A stretch of 33,053 bases of DNA from Octopus bimaculoides. Its lineage: Eukaryota. Position 1 is the first letter of the stretch. Each line of letters opens with the position of its first letter. Under the pieces are notes generated by a model, which searched no databases, was not told the DNA's origin, and worked only from the letters and a program-made list of their open reading frames with translations. Positions 31,320 through 33,053 of this stretch are shown piece after piece. The DNA lies in NCBI RefSeq assembly GCF_001194135.2, contig NC_068997.1, positions 3,774,260 through 3,807,312 on the forward strand. The letters are read 5' to 3'. Position numbers and translations under genes: made by a program.

Positions 31320-31800
31320 CATTTAGCTGAATCAGCCATGAATTTTTTATAAGTCAAATATATACACCGACAGCCGGATTTATCTAAAACATGGAGCATT
31401 TGAGTAGCCTACGAGTGATTTGAGTAGCATTTGAGTAGCCTTCGAATATGTTCTCAACAACACCTCTTGCTCTTTAATCCATTCCTTGGGTGGGACAATC
31501 TCCCACACCAAGATATTTTCTTTCGCTATGCTTTTTTAAAAAAGTTCTCTCGACAGTTCAAAAAATACGGAAGGCAAAAGCCAAAAAACAGTCAAAGGGA
31601 AGACAAGAAAAACACGAAGATAGAGAAGAAAAGAAGAAATGATAAAACAAACAGTTCAGCTCGACTACAGTTCTCTAGGCTATGCTAGTTCAAATCACAG
31701 CTTCTTAAAAACTTTTCGGTCAACCGGTATTCCCGGCCCTTATATTTTTCAAAAAGGTACTCCAGTTTGGGTCAGGAACAGGGTAGCAGGAGAAAAAAAT
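31320..31800 (+). mobile_element. possible decayed retroelement integrase C-terminal region
   Basis: Weak motifs across frames: HQHLAESAMNFL, KYIHRQPDLSKTW, EYVLNNT...SLGGTIS, and FQKGTPVWVRN. Not diagnostic. Confidence 0.2.
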
Positions 31801-32111
31801 ATTTTACCATTAAATGGTAATTGCACAAGGAAGAAAAAAAATTTCCACAGCAGAAAAAGAATTCCACAATTTATGGCGCGGCGGATCCGCCCACCAAAAA
31901 GAATTCACTTAAAAGTGAACAAATTTTGCCCAACTGCAGGCAGACCAGAGTACAGAGTCCAGTAAGGACTTCTATATTATAGCAAACAACAAACTCCTAC
32001 TGGACCCAAAATACAAAAGTCTTACTATGCAGTTGAGATTCACTTAATTCGCCACGCTGCAAACCAGCGTGTCTACTTCTTTCAGCGCCAAGAAAAACAC
32101 TGACATGCTCA

Positions 32112-32152
32112 GTGGGAAGCAAGCTTCTTACAACACAGCCACTTCTGCACCT
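32112..32152 (-). mobile_element. SINE family A head fragment
   Basis: GTGGGAAGCAAGCTTCTTACAACACAGCCACTTCTGCACCT. Confidence 0.7.
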
Positions 32153-32239
32153 ATTATATACAATATGCCTGTACATATGTGTGTACATGTCTATAATCTC
32201 TTATTCTTTTCTTTTATTCTTTTCTTTTATTCTATTACT

Positions 32240-32775
32240 GGTTTCCGCCAGAGGCTGAGGCTATGGTGAAGCACTGCCATTCTGTGTTTTTGGGTCTCTT
32301 TTCGGTAAACGTTTTCGCGATGAAAGGAGTTGTGTGAAGATTCTCTTCTTTGTTTCTCCTGCTGGGATTTGAGAAATTTGTCCAGGTACATTTTGAACAT
32401 TCCCAAATCAACACCTTGCAGATCTCTTAGGTTCCGTTGCAGGATGTTAAGCAGTGGTGGTCCCCTGAAACCCAAACTATTCCAATACTGGGCCTTATGT
32501 GCGATAAAGAAGGTAGTATCTTTGGCAGTATACAGCGCCATCCAGTTGGATGGTTGGTATAATTTTTAATTCCAAAATTGGGAGCTAGAACTTTCAGGAT
32601 TTTCCATAAGCATACCTTCCTCATCTTCTCTCCCGGGAGTAGAGCTTCAGTTCTTGTAGCCTCCCCTATTAGCTGATCCGTTTCACCGACTCAAACTTTT
32701 CTGTGTAAGGCACTGGATTTTCTCAAGTTCTACAATCAATTTGATCTGAGGAAAATGTCCTCCATAAGAGTTGCA
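32240..32775 (-). mobile_element. CR1-group (Crack/Daphne/L2-like) LINE 3' coding remnant
   Basis: GRLQELKLYSRERR*GRY, WKILKVLAPNFGI, NSLGFRGPPLLNILQRNLRDLQGVDLGMFKMYLDKFL; these match the LKLYSLERRRER and FK..LD.FL motifs. Confidence 0.8.
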
Positions 32776-33053
32776 ATGTATTTTTATATAAATTCACTTG
32801 ACATTTAATGTCAGCTGATATCCTATTTAACACTAAATTAATAGTATAAAGATTAACATTTTAGTTTAAACCAAAACTTCTATTAGATTAGTGTTGCATT
32901 TATTTTCAATAATATTGTTTAATGTTTCTTTTTGATTTATAGGTAAAATAAGTATTTTTATATAAGTTGATTTATTATTAGGTAATATACTAATTAAGGT
33001 TAAGTTAATGGTATAACATTTAAAATTTTATTTAAACTAACGATTCGATTAGA

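Noticed and set aside
32790-33053. Very AT-rich end as a mitochondrial rRNA/tRNA insertion (NUMT)
   Set aside because: There are only vague resemblances, and conserved 12S/16S motifs (e.g. GTGCCAGC, GGATTAGATACCC) are absent. A BLAST against the mitogenome would settle it.

Overview
AT-rich, gapped (9 N-runs) eukaryotic intergenic/intronic DNA with no supportable intact protein-coding gene. Almost all long ORFs in the track are artefacts of N-runs or microsatellites. The SINE and repeat content matches, from my memory of those families, octopus (coleoid cephalopod) genomes; this is an inference and was not searched. The window is a retroelement graveyard with degraded pieces of two Penelope-like elements (PLEs; Poseidon-like + strand, Neptune-like - strand), two R4/Dong-type and one HERO-type RLE LINE, Tx1/L1-like 5' and 3' pieces, an RTE 3' end and a CR1-group 3' end. 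It also holds about 12 SINE copies from 4 families, a mariner-derived MITE, a Helentron-like non-autonomous element, several foldback hairpins and many microsatellites. The most interesting signals are (i) a PLE whose 3' terminal module has a tRNA-like Pol III promoter plus a decayed hammerhead ribozyme, and whose 5' end is an inverted copy of that terminus; (ii) a separate hammerhead core with an unusually long loop II; (iii) recurrent AT-rich foldback elements, two of which appear homologous. I found no convincing new multi-gene system. All translations and alignments were done by eye, and family names are recalled rather than database-confirmed.
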